DNA from: a virus
IMG/VR virus record: IMGVR_UViG_3300029778_000002
Strand: one strand, 5' to 3'
Length of the DNA stretch: 61,948 nt
Under the pieces are notes generated by a model. That model saw only the letters and a list, made by a program, of their open reading frames with translations, was not told where the DNA came from and did no database searches. Of this stretch, positions 48,050 to 56,345 are shown piece by piece. Position 1 is the stretch's first letter; every line of letters starts with the position of its first letter. A program made the position numbers and the translations under genes.

Positions 48050-50824
48050 TTACTTGTCGAGTGCGCTGTAAATCGTAGATTTAGGCACACCGCATGCCTT
48101 GGCAACCTCATCATATGACGCGCCAAGATTGAGCATTGCTTTTGCCTTTGCCAATTTGGCAGAAGACAACGTAGCCGTTGCTTTCGGCATTGCACGCTTT
48201 ACAATTTCGTCAGAATCAGACGAATTAAGGAACTTCGTCAACATATTGTCGGAAATTGCGCCAGCCTGAACAGCTTCCCATTCTCTGTCCGTGAAGGTAA
48301 CCTTGGACTTGCGTCCGCTTGCACCAACAGAATCGCGAGCACGCTGCATCTCGACAGAAGAGATCTTCTTGATTACCTTCTTATCTTCCGAAATGTTGGG
48401 ATCAAGCCCCTGTTCCTGAATCTTCGCCTTAATATTCGCGTTCGCAATCAGCATTGCTTTGCGCTCTTTAGGCTTGTTAGCGATCATGTTGTTATACTTT
48501 TCTTTCAGAGAAGCAACCTCAGGCGCATAGGTCTTGGCGGCAGAAGGACTGTATTCAAGTCCCTTCATATTTACCGCCTCTTTGCGCGCCTGATTGGCCA
48601 TAGCCTTCAACTTGTTAGAGAAGTCCGCGTACAGGTTCTCCTGAATAGTACCAGAAGACAGTGTTCGCGCATCTTTGGTCTCCGATATAAGACTGACCGT
48701 GTCCTCGGCCTTACGTTCCTTACCCGTCTTAGGGTCAACGAAGGTACGTCCACTTTCTTTGTAGATGTATTCACCAGTTTCCTTATCGACTCGAATACTA
48801 CCACGGCGCTCGGGTACACGAACCGTCTGCTTACGGCGAGACAGGAGCGTGGATGCGCCACCATAGTGTATAGCGCCTTCCTCATCCACACGAATCTGCC
48901 ACTTCTGCTTCAGCTCGGGAATGCCATTCTCCTGCTCAGACCGCTTGTAGTCCAACTTATGTTTTTCAGCATCGATAACGACCATGGAGTGTTTAACGGC
49001 ACGTGCCAGCTCGTCCTCGTCGGCACCACGCAGTGTCATGTCAGTGATGAGGTTGGAAATCACGCCCATTTCGCGCTGCTTGTCTTCTTTCTTCATCAAC
49101 CTGACATTATTTGGATTGCCTTCAGGAACTGCATAAGCGGTCTTGGGATCAAATCCTTCCAATGCTTTCAGCGCACGGGTGGACTTAATGTTGACTTTGT
49201 CAGTAACCGGGATTGCCATGACTGTGTCGCCATCGAAATCAGCACCAGACAGCCGCTCTGCAACCTTTGCATTGATACCGATTGCATCCTGAATTGCACC
49301 GAGATTCCGCTTGCCGCTGACATTCTTGTTGTTGACAGTCACGATGGGAATCTCAAAGGTACCTGCATGGGGATAACGGATCAGTGCAAGCCTGGTGCCA
49401 TTCTCATAGGTGGGGCAATAAGCCTCGGTCTCCTTGATCTTATTGATTGGCAGGATAACCTTCGTGGACTGGCCCGGGAAAGCAGACGCTTTCAGGGTCA
49501 TGGACGTTCCTTCGACGGTATCAGCAAAATCGTAGAGCAGCTTCTTTTTGACCGTAGGATTATCATAGTGCATGATCTCGTCATACTGCGCCTGATAATC
49601 CGCAACGGTAAGCTTCAACTGATTCTCAATCAGCTTCTTGGGCTGCTTGGAAAGGAACTGAGAAGAGACATTCCGAGACATCGTGTCCCAGTCGCCTTCC
49701 TCCTTCAGCTTGTTGATCGGCGAGAGGTGCTCTTTGCCGTCATCACCGATATACATACTCTGGCCGTTGGCCTTGATAGCTGCGCCAAACGGGTTGTCAG
49801 GATCCGCTTTTGCTTCTTTAAGGACCTTCATCTTGGGCGTGCCAGAAGGCTTATTGGTGTTGAACATAACGTCCACACCATCCGGCAGATCATCAGAATA
49901 GACTGCCATGCCCTTCAGATAATGGTCGCCGTCAACAAGGATGCGAACCTGCGCATAATGGCTCTTGCCGAGATCAAGGTCAGGAACACCACGGCGAATT
50001 TCCATGACACCGTCTTTATCCAGACCGCCTTCATCGCCATAACGAATTGCAACTCGACTGGAATCCAGACTAGAGGGGCGCTGAAGCTTCGTGAAGGTCT
50101 CGCCGCCATCATCTGTATGATAATCGCCAAGTGAATCGATCTGTTCCTGATGATTGTAGGCATACTTCTGATCGAACTCTGGTTTCGCAAGCACCATGAT
50201 ATTGGTCTGCTGGCGATTGTTTGTCGGTTGCTTAATGCCTACGCCGTAACGCTTATAACCGTATTCGGCCTCTAACGTATATGCCGCATCCTGAAGTTCA
50301 GTATCAGTTACGCCCAACGCAAAGTTTGCGCCCTCCGAAACATCGATCATTCCCTTTTTATCGACTTCTTTTTTCAGAGTTTCGGCGATGTTTTTTGCAC
50401 GCTGCGCTTTTTTGTCTGCATTTCCGGCATATTTGGATCGAACGCTCGATTCGCTCATTCCAAGCTGGTTGGCAATTTCAGTCCAGCCAAGGTGATCTTC
50501 GTCTTTCAGCTTATGGATCTGCTCGTATTCTGATGTTTTCCGCTCATGAATGGCAGTTCGCTTTGCCACACGGAATTCGGACAGGCTCATCTGATACTCT
50601 TTCGGAAGAGAGTCATTAATGCTCTCCAGAATATCTTTCTCAGACAGCCCTTTCTTCTTCAGAACTTCCACACGAGACAGGAAATCGCCGGAATGCTGAT
50701 ACGGATTATCGCCGGAACCCCAAGGATAGCGACCAGAATGCCGCTTGGTACCATAGTGCTCCAGGATATTGCTTTCGGAAGTGATGCCAAAATAAGAACG
50801 GAGGTCTTTTTCAATCGGATTCAT
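48050..50824 (-). CDS. Single-chain two-barrel (DPBB) RNA polymerase candidate, YonO-like, with N- and C-terminal HTH modules (924 aa)
   Basis: Beta-like barrel: GDHYLKGMAVYSDDLPDGVDVMFNTNK (about 49862-49935), compared with bacterial beta GDKMAGRHGNKGV...DMP...G.PVDIVLNPL. Beta'-like barrel: LIRYPHAGTFEIP...SGADFDGDTVMAIP (DFDGD at 49226-49240), compared with beta' LNRAPTLH...NADFDGDQMAVH. Confidence 0.65.
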   Translation of the reverse strand: MNPIEKDLRSYFGITSESNILEHYGTKRHSGRYPWGSGDNPYQHSGDFLSRVEVLKKKGLSEKDILESINDSLPKEYQMSLSEFRVAKRTAIHERKTSEYEQIHKLKDEDHLGWTEIANQLGMSESSVRSKYAGNADKKAQRAKNIAETLKKEVDKKGMIDVSEGANFALGVTDTELQDAAYTLEAEYGYKRYGVGIKQPTNNRQQTNIMVLAKPEFDQKYAYNHQEQIDSLGDYHTDDGGETFTKLQRPSSLDSSRVAIRYGDEGGLDKDGVMEIRRGVPDLDLGKSHYAQVRILVDGDHYLKGMAVYSDDLPDGVDVMFNTNKPSGTPKMKVLKEAKADPDNPFGAAIKANGQSMYIGDDGKEHLSPINKLKEEGDWDTMSRNVSSQFLSKQPKKLIENQLKLTVADYQAQYDEIMHYDNPTVKKKLLYDFADTVEGTSMTLKASAFPGQSTKVILPINKIKETEAYCPTYENGTRLALIRYPHAGTFEIPIVTVNNKNVSGKRNLGAIQDAIGINAKVAERLSGADFDGDTVMAIPVTDKVNIKSTRALKALEGFDPKTAYAVPEGNPNNVRLMKKEDKQREMGVISNLITDMTLRGADEDELARAVKHSMVVIDAEKHKLDYKRSEQENGIPELKQKWQIRVDEEGAIHYGGASTLLSRRKQTVRVPERRGSIRVDKETGEYIYKESGRTFVDPKTGKERKAEDTVSLISETKDARTLSSGTIQENLYADFSNKLKAMANQARKEAVNMKGLEYSPSAAKTYAPEVASLKEKYNNMIANKPKERKAMLIANANIKAKIQEQGLDPNISEDKKVIKKISSVEMQRARDSVGASGRKSKVTFTDREWEAVQAGAISDNMLTKFLNSSDSDEIVKRAMPKATATLSSAKLAKAKAMLNLGASYDEVAKACGVPKSTIYSALDK

Positions 50825-51381
50825 GCTGCCACTCCTAACAAAATATCAGTGATGATCGGGTCGAACTCTTTGATTTTAGCGATGACGGGGCTGATTTCCT
50901 CTTCAGTGGGGTTCTCGACCCAAACTTCATCGTTCTGGTAGATACGGAGCTCCATCCGAATATCTTTCGGGTGGTATCCGTACTCCAGACAGAACAGAGC
51001 GGCATAAATATAGAGCTGCTCCATATGTGCAGGAACAGCTCCGGTTTTTAAGTCGTGGATGCGAAGGAACCCATCGTTGAACGAAATGGCATCCGCAGTT
51101 CCATAGCAGTTGTCGCTGTAATACAGCACCTGCTCGGTATCCATGCGGAAACCAATGGCATCGTTCACGTAGGTATTGAGGGTTTTCTTGTTCTTCGGCA
51201 GTTTTTGCTTCAGATCAATGCACTCTGCTGCAAATGCGTGCAGCCGTGTTCCCCGTTCCTTCGCCTGGTAATTGAGAACTGCATTGGTCAATCTATCTGC
51301 GTCATAGTTCAACCAATGGTAGTTACTTGCTCCGAGGAGGGCATGTTTCCCCGTGAGCCTCGAATGATCTCGCCAGTTCAT
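50821..51381 (-). CDS. PD-(D/E)XK nuclease (Cas4/RecB-like exonuclease, 186 aa)
   Basis: Start moved to ATG 51381 (AAGGAGGAAG SD). GTADAISFNDGFLRIHDLKTG carries the D...D-x-K core. Confidence 0.55.
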   Translation of the reverse strand: MNWRDHSRLTGKHALLGASNYHWLNYDADRLTNAVLNYQAKERGTRLHAFAAECIDLKQKLPKNKKTLNTYVNDAIGFRMDTEQVLYYSDNCYGTADAISFNDGFLRIHDLKTGAVPAHMEQLYIYAALFCLEYGYHPKDIRMELRIYQNDEVWVENPTEEEISPVIAKIKEFDPIITDILLGVAA

Positions 51382-51643
51382 TAAGAACTTCCTCCTTGTT
51401 TTCAGGATAGATAAAGGCCGCAAAACTCATCTCGTCCATCTGGTGAACGTAATAGTCCTGATTTGGACGATGAGATGCACTCGCTGACTTCTTGCCCTCC
51501 AATGCACCCCATGTTGTGCCGTAGAGAACCAAGAGATCGGGGATTCCCTGAATCTCGTTTGGGTCAAGATGGACAACCATGCAGCCAGGAAAGCGTTCTT
51601 TCAGCTCCCTTATCAATCCTGTCTTGAATTTGTTTTCGAGCAT
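51323..51643 (-). CDS. VRR-NUC / Hjc-like nuclease (106 aa)
   Basis: GGAGGT SD. GIPDLLVLYGTTWGALEGKK is a PD...E-x-K motif. Confidence 0.55.
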   Translation of the reverse strand: MLENKFKTGLIRELKERFPGCMVVHLDPNEIQGIPDLLVLYGTTWGALEGKKSASASHRPNQDYYVHQMDEMSFAAFIYPENKEEVLNELARSFEAHGETCPPRSK

Positions 51644-51698
51644 GATACAACCTCCAAAAATAAGAGGAATAGTGCATCCTGAGACGCATTCTATTCCC

Positions 51699-51724
51699 CC
51701 ATAAAAGGGGATGTTTTTCTCGCG
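51699..51724 (-). promoter_or_regulatory. 26-nt promoter-like motif, copy 12
   Basis: Minus strand CGCGAGAAAAACATCCCCTTTTATGG, 56 nt upstream of ATG 51643. Confidence 0.55.
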
Positions 51725-51767
51725 TGAGTTTTTAGGAAAAAATGTGAATTTTTAGGAATTTTCAGAG

Positions 51768-51808
51768 CAAAAGAAAAAGCCCCTGCGTTTTTCGCGCAGA
51801 GGCTGTTG
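51768..51808 (-). terminator. Rho-independent terminator
   Basis: Minus strand GCCTCTGCGCGAAAAACGCAGGGGC followed by TTTTTCTTTT. Confidence 0.7.
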
Positions 51809-51820
51809 GCATAACTCATT

Positions 51821-52186
51821 TTACCACTCTGGATCAGGGTCCAGTTCATCGCTGTAGCTTGCTTCTTCGGTTGGCGAAGATAGGCTGTCGATATCCTCTT
51901 CAGAAATCTCGTCGCCGCATCCAGTGCATACCCAGACTTCGCCATGTTGGATCATCTGACAATGGCAGTTCCAACACCAGTGCTCGCCTGTCGGACGATC
52001 ATATCCGGGCGTGTGAATGACCCAATTCTCAAATGAGCCATTCGAGTGCTTCAGCCATAAAACAGGAAGTCCGAGGTTCAGTGTATCCCACACCCAAACC
52101 TCATCGCCATCGGGAAGTTCATCACGAGATTCGTAAGAATAAGGAAAATCTTTCCAGTGAGATGCCAGCTCTTTTATGTTCGCCAT
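51821..52186 (-). CDS. Cys-rich hypothetical protein (121 aa)
   Basis: Start moved to ATG 52186 (GAGGTG SD). WCWNCHC...VCTGCG zinc-binding-like pairs and an acidic tail. Confidence 0.5.
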   Translation of the reverse strand: MANIKELASHWKDFPYSYESRDELPDGDEVWVWDTLNLGLPVLWLKHSNGSFENWVIHTPGYDRPTGEHWCWNCHCQMIQHGEVWVCTGCGDEISEEDIDSLSSPTEEASYSDELDPDPEW

Positions 52187-52288
52187 ATTTTTCACCTCAT
52201 AAAATCAAAAGTGCTACGTTCGTACACAGTGCTTTAAGGATACACTATTCGGCGCTCTTTTGCAAGGTGGAAATGGGAAAACTCGCTG

Positions 52289-52460
52289 TGGCCAAAAACC
52301 CGTTTTTTATCCTCTATTACTATATATATTTTTTCATTTTTTTAAGTAAGTTAAAGAAAAAAGTGGGTTTTTGGCCAAATAGCATATTTTTAACGCAGCT
52401 TCGTTAAATTTTGTGGCCATTTTTATAAAAATTTTTGGCCACGAAGTGGGTTTTTGGCCA
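52289..52460. repeat. TGGCCA-core iterons in an AT-rich 340-bp intergenic region (replication origin or operator candidate)
   Basis: Five TGGCCA cores at 52289, 52372, 52414, 52436 and 52455. AAGTGGGTTTTTGGCCA occurs twice as a direct repeat (52361-52377, 52444-52460) and once in part inverted (52289-52303). A TATATATATTTTTTCATTTTTTT tract lies between them. Confidence 0.6.
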
Positions 52461-52538
52461 TAAAACTGACAAAATCTGACATTTTACCACAAAAATTCAC
52501 AAAAAGCGGCAAAAGAAAAATGGGCAATGCAAAATTTA

Positions 52539-52841
52539 TTACCGTGCCAGCGCTCCATAAAGAAGCAAAAATACAATGATGCCTATCATAATAGCCAAAG
52601 AGGATTTCATGGATTTGTTGCTTTCCTTTGCTCTCCATCTCTCCTGCTCCATCTTCTTAAGCTCAAGTTCTTTCGCATCCTTGGACTCTTGAATCCGTGC
52701 TTCATCCACAAACCGATGCGTCTCCTGATAGTCATCGAGCCGAACCTTCGTCCCGCAGAACTCACAGAACATGAAATCTCGGTTGTCATCCTTCACCGTA
52801 AGATCCGCGCCACAGCCAGGGCATTTTACCGTCCGTGCCAT
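52539..52841 (-). CDS. Zinc-ribbon, C-terminally membrane-anchored protein (100 aa)
   Basis: TAGGAGGTG SD. CPGCG...CEFCG motifs and the C-terminal TM helix LAIMIGIIVFLLLYGAL. Confidence 0.6.
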   Translation of the reverse strand: MARTVKCPGCGADLTVKDDNRDFMFCEFCGTKVRLDDYQETHRFVDEARIQESKDAKELELKKMEQERWRAKESNKSMKSSLAIMIGIIVFLLLYGALAR

Positions 52842-52970
52842 AAAAGCACCTCCTATTCGTCATGTACCAAGGATATCATGTGCTCTGCCCGTAGTCAAGT
52901 AAATCAGGGCGGTCGAACCCATAATATAATATTTTTAATCATCTTCATAAAATTTTAACCTTTCATATCA

Positions 52971-53000
52971 TTGTTTGTTCACGATTTGGTGTGGTATACT
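52971..53000 (+). promoter_or_regulatory. Sigma-A type promoter with extended -10 for the plus-strand HTH gene
   Basis: TTGTTT (52971-52976), 18-nt spacer ending in TGG, TATACT (52995-53000). Confidence 0.5.
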
Positions 53001-53073
53001 TGCGCTAGTAAAGGCCAGTAGCAGTAATCCGATGCACTTGGCCGCCATTAGAACTGTTACATAGGAGGATATT

Positions 53074-53385
53074 ATGGGTTCTAATTTAGCAAAGGTACTT
53101 CCGAACGTCGATACAGCCGAGCTGGTATCTGTTGTTGCTCAGTATAGCAAAAAATTCGGAGCCATGATAGGTCGTGCTGCTTGGAACAATGGCCGAACTG
53201 CCATAAAAATTATAACCAAACATGGCGGCCAAGTTTTGGTTCACATAACAGTCCCCCAAAATATGTCCAAGAATCAACGTGATGGGATAATTCACGACTT
53301 TTCAAAACTCGGTTTAACACAGGCACTGATAGGTGCGGCCACTGGTACTTCCCAATCTACGGTATCTCGAGTTCTGAGGAAATGA
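53074..53385 (+). CDS. HTH DNA-binding protein, lysogeny-repressor candidate (103 aa)
   Basis: TAGGAGG SD. C-terminal HTH LTQALIGAATGTSQSTVSRVLRK. It is the only plus-strand gene of this region and is divergent from 52539..52841. Confidence 0.5.
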   Translation: MGSNLAKVLPNVDTAELVSVVAQYSKKFGAMIGRAAWNNGRTAIKIITKHGGQVLVHITVPQNMSKNQRDGIIHDFSKLGLTQALIGAATGTSQSTVSRVLRK

Positions 53386-53397
53386 CGATTCAACTCA

Positions 53398-53715
53398 TCA
53401 GCAACCCATAAGCTGACTGAGCGTAACTTCTCCATCAAGCATTCCGAGTAAGCTCTCAGCATGATTCCTTGCAAGCTCAGCTGGCACCTGCAATGGAATA
53501 TCTATCCCGGCTTTGGGGCAGTGCATCATGAATTCGATACCTTCTTTGCCCCATAGTTTACATTTCTTCACATCCAGTAAAACAGTTTCAGATTTGAGTA
53601 ACTTTCGAGTCGCTGCATTTTCACCAATGGAACCAGCTGCCACGCCAAGCACAAACATTCCGCCAATAATGGCAACTTTCTTCCAGTTGATTTTATTTTC
53701 GTTAGTCTTTTTCAT
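53398..53715 (-). CDS. Membrane-anchored hypothetical protein (105 aa)
   Basis: AAAGGAGAAAG SD. N-terminal TM helix VAIIGGMFVLGVAAG. Confidence 0.5.
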   Translation of the reverse strand: MKKTNENKINWKKVAIIGGMFVLGVAAGSIGENAATRKLLKSETVLLDVKKCKLWGKEGIEFMMHCPKAGIDIPLQVPAELARNHAESLLGMLDGEVTLSQLMGC

Positions 53716-53820
53716 AATGCTTTCTCCTTTAATTTCACAAAAATTCAGACCTCACACTCGCTCAAACAACGAATGTGAGGCCTTTTATTTACGGATTACT
53801 CATGCAAACTCGAATCAATT

Positions 53821-54069
53821 TCAACGCTTGCCGTCCCACATATACCCCGTCTGCTCATACAGCAGCTTCGGTGAAATGTAGTAGCTGATCCTCCCATACT
53901 TCGAGTCCATCTGCTTGATATCCGTAATCCTGACACCATTCCGCGTCGCCTCGCCGATCGGCAACCAGCCAGTGATGATGCCCGCACGAACCCACGAAGG
54001 ATCACGCCCGTACACTTTCGCTGCCACCCTAACAGGTACAGAACCACATGCAAATTTGATTTCATCCAT
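53821..54069 (-). CDS. Small DNA-binding-like protein (82 aa), possible excisionase/regulator
   Basis: Start moved to ATG 54069 (GGAGGT SD). VRVAAKVYGRDPSWVRAGIITGWLPIG resembles Xis/AlpA-type HTH proteins. Confidence 0.4.
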   Translation of the reverse strand: MDEIKFACGSVPVRVAAKVYGRDPSWVRAGIITGWLPIGEATRNGVRITDIKQMDSKYGRISYYISPKLLYEQTGYMWDGKR

Positions 54070-54102
54070 AATGTTCAACCTCCAAATTGATTTATGAGTG
54101 AA

Positions 54103-54136
54103 TAAAAATAAGAGCCGCAGATTTCTCCACGGCTCA
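54103..54136 (-). terminator. Rho-independent terminator (conserved family)
   Basis: Minus strand GAGCCGTGGAGAAATCTGCGGCTCTTATTTTTATT. Confidence 0.7.
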
Positions 54137-54142
54137 ATGCCT

Positions 54143-54394
54143 TTATTTTTGTTTTGCCTTCTCGTAGTCTTCGTTTATTTGACGATTGATTGCCTTTCTG
54201 CACTGTTCATATTGTTCATCGCCAAGTTGCTTATTGAACAAGTAGCCGAGATACTCAACTTCGCAGTCAGCGCCGTGGTACATACCGAGTTTATAAATGC
54301 CCCAGATAGCCACAGCTACGCCTACAATAGTTCCGATTCCTCCACCCGTTGCACCAGCAACATAGCGATAATAGTTATACCATTCTTTTTGCAT
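54143..54394 (-). CDS. Small membrane protein (83 aa)
   Basis: GGAGGT SD. Gly-rich TM helix GATGGGIGTIVGVAVAIWGI. Confidence 0.55.
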   Translation of the reverse strand: MQKEWYNYYRYVAGATGGGIGTIVGVAVAIWGIYKLGMYHGADCEVEYLGYLFNKQLGDEQYEQCRKAINRQINEDYEKAKQK

Positions 54395-54436
54395 AATAGT
54401 TCAACCTCCAAAAATATAATTTTGAGACTACTCATC

Positions 54437-54462
54437 TCATAAAGCATCAAGAAATTTTCGCG
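54437..54462 (-). promoter_or_regulatory. 26-nt promoter-like motif, copy 13
   Basis: Minus strand CGCGAAAATTTCTTGATGCTTTATGA, 43 nt upstream of ATG 54394, followed by the shared 5' leader. Confidence 0.6.
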
Positions 54463-54472
54463 TTACAAAGAT

Positions 54473-54670
54473 TTAATCCTCAATCTCAAACATTACATTC
54501 TCCGGTGAGATGATCGTATCGCACTTCTTACCTTTGAACCGAAACCTAACAAACTGGTTCGTCAAACCGGAAATTTTCTCAACCAGTCCGTATTTACCAC
54601 TAAAATTAGCCACGATCTTAGCCCATACTCTCCCCTGCTTGGCCAGTTCGTTAAATTCACCCGCGGTCAT
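54473..54670 (-). CDS. Hypothetical small protein (65 aa)
   Basis: Start moved to ATG 54670 (GGAGGTG SD). Confidence 0.5.
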   Translation of the reverse strand: MTAGEFNELAKQGRVWAKIVANFSGKYGLVEKISGLTNQFVRFRFKGKKCDTIISPENVMFEIED

Positions 54671-55016
54671 TACCCACACTCACCTCCGTCATCAAACTTC
54701 TCCCCGCCGCATACAAGAATTTCTTCAGCGACAGCACCTTAATATCGTACGTACTCTTCAAATTCTCCAGCTCAGCATTAACCCCACCAGAGCGATATTC
54801 CGCCATATCCAATGCATACCGCATCCGGCGATCCGCAACACCAGGGCTGCAATTGAACTTATCTGCCAGTGATGCCTCGATATCCCTCATGGACATAAAT
54901 CGGTGCGAGTTCAAGTCATCGACGACCATCTCCACAGCCTCGCCCATCAGCTCCCCGCCGAAGGTCAGCATGGGAACCTTCAACTTAGCGAGAAAATCAT
55001 ACGTTCTTTGCTGCAT
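54657..55016 (-). CDS. Spo0A C-terminal-domain-like DNA-binding protein (119 aa)
   Basis: DIEASLADKFNCSPGVADRRMRYALDMA parallels the Spo0A block [27 protein letters not shown]. Confidence 0.4.
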   Translation of the reverse strand: MQQRTYDFLAKLKVPMLTFGGELMGEAVEMVVDDLNSHRFMSMRDIEASLADKFNCSPGVADRRMRYALDMAEYRSGGVNAELENLKSTYDIKVLSLKKFLYAAGRSLMTEVSVGNDRG

Positions 55017-55041
55017 TTCTTATCACCGCATCCTTTCCCAC

Positions 55042-55296
55042 TTAGGTTTTCATAATAGCGTTTGCTGCATGAACCAGATATGTGGTACCGTCAATCGTGA
55101 TTTGCAGCTGATCGCCTTCGTAGTCAGTCCAGTTGTCCACTTTGCCTTGAACTATAGTTCCATCGGGCAACTTAATCTGTGCCCAGGAATAGGTAAATGT
55201 CGTATCAAACACCCTATAGTTTCCGCAACTGCATAACCCGAGGCAGCCAACGAGCATCATCATACATGCAACGACGCAAATAATACGATTTTTCAT
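55042..55296 (-). CDS. Lipoprotein (84 aa)
   Basis: Start at ATG 55296 (GAGGTG SD). Signal peptide with lipobox-like LVGC/LCSC. Confidence 0.6.
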   Translation of the reverse strand: MKNRIICVVACMMMLVGCLGLCSCGNYRVFDTTFTYSWAQIKLPDGTIVQGKVDNWTDYEGDQLQITIDGTTYLVHAANAIMKT

Positions 55297-55307
55297 AGTC
55301 AATCACC

Positions 55308-55451
55308 TCAACCAAATATCATGTAAATCAAAAGCAAGAACCATCCTGTATATCTGATGATTCTCTGTTTTTCTTCGCCGATGTTCTCAGCAAAAGACAT
55401 TCCAATTGCGATAGCTTGCAAAATAATGCTTGCGAGCAGCACAATTCGCAT
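55308..55451 (-). CDS. Small two-helix membrane protein (47 aa, not in ORF track)
   Basis: The ATG overlaps the thyX stop (TGATG). Encodes MRIVLLASIILQAIAIGMSFAENIGEEKQRIIRYTGWFLLLIYMIFG. Confidence 0.4.
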   Translation of the reverse strand: MRIVLLASIILQAIAIGMSFAENIGEEKQRIIRYTGWFLLLIYMIFG

Positions 55452-56161
55452 CACTTCACCATACTTCCTTTCCATGTCTGGTCATCCGCAGGCCAGTATG
55501 TGTAGATATCATCGAACACCACCGGGATCTTCTTCTGGAGTTCCATCAGCAGCGGGCACATGAGCTCCCGCATCTGAGGATGGGCCGCCACAGGAGTACG
55601 CAGCTTGAAGATGTTGCGCCACTCACGGTAGTTGGCAGTCACCACGATCTCGGTCTTCAGGCACAGCGGCAGCACACAACGGGCCTGTTCGGGACGCATA
55701 CCGAGTGCGATCATATCCTTATAAAGGATTTCCGCAGATTCGCAGGAATCAAGCCAGGTGCTGCCAGGCGTATATTCTGTGCTTTCACGTTTCTCGTCAG
55801 TGTCGGTCACATCAATATAATACGGCCGAATGAATGTCAACTCTCCGCCAAACTTCTCCTTCGAGTAGTTGCAGTACCGTGTGCTCTCCTGCGCAAAGCT
55901 CGCAATACGGTGCCTTATCAGTTCATTGGCCACGCCACGATCACAGGTAAACAGCACACTCAGCTGCGAATGCTCCAGCATAGCCTCATGCCCCTGCTTC
56001 ACCAGAAAGCCCACCAGTTTCTTTGCCGACTCACCATCCGGCGTGATCTTGTCCTCGCTCTTATAGCAGACCCGGGCCACCCGCTCGATCTGCTGGAGCT
56101 CCTTAATGCCTCCCTCAGAAATATCAGTGAGGATTTCGTACTTAGGTTCAACGATTTTCAT
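55451..56161 (-). CDS. thyX: FAD-dependent thymidylate synthase ThyX (236 aa)
   Basis: ThyX motif IRHRIASFAQESTRYCNY, plus HEAMLEHSQLS. Confidence 0.9.
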   Translation of the reverse strand: MKIVEPKYEILTDISEGGIKELQQIERVARVCYKSEDKITPDGESAKKLVGFLVKQGHEAMLEHSQLSVLFTCDRGVANELIRHRIASFAQESTRYCNYSKEKFGGELTFIRPYYIDVTDTDEKRESTEYTPGSTWLDSCESAEILYKDMIALGMRPEQARCVLPLCLKTEIVVTANYREWRNIFKLRTPVAAHPQMRELMCPLLMELQKKIPVVFDDIYTYWPADDQTWKGSMVK

Positions 56162-56345
56162 AATTAGTTCTCCTTTTCATCAATGAATCAATGATTTCAA
56201 GCTGCCGCAGGCTCTTTCCATTACCTCTTTGGGCAACCATAATGTATCCGAGATGAGCCAGTTGCTTATGGTCGCAAGTTTCCACCTTCGGACACTTCTG
56301 GCATTTAGGTGCAAGTATCGTAAGTGCTCCGAAGTCGTTGTTCAT
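56148..56345 (-). CDS. Cys-rich small protein (65 aa)
   Basis: Start moved to ATG 56345 (ATGA overlap). Contains CQKCPKVETC. Confidence 0.45.
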   Translation of the reverse strand: MNNDFGALTILAPKCQKCPKVETCDHKQLAHLGYIMVAQRGNGKSLRQLEIIDSLMKRRTNYENR

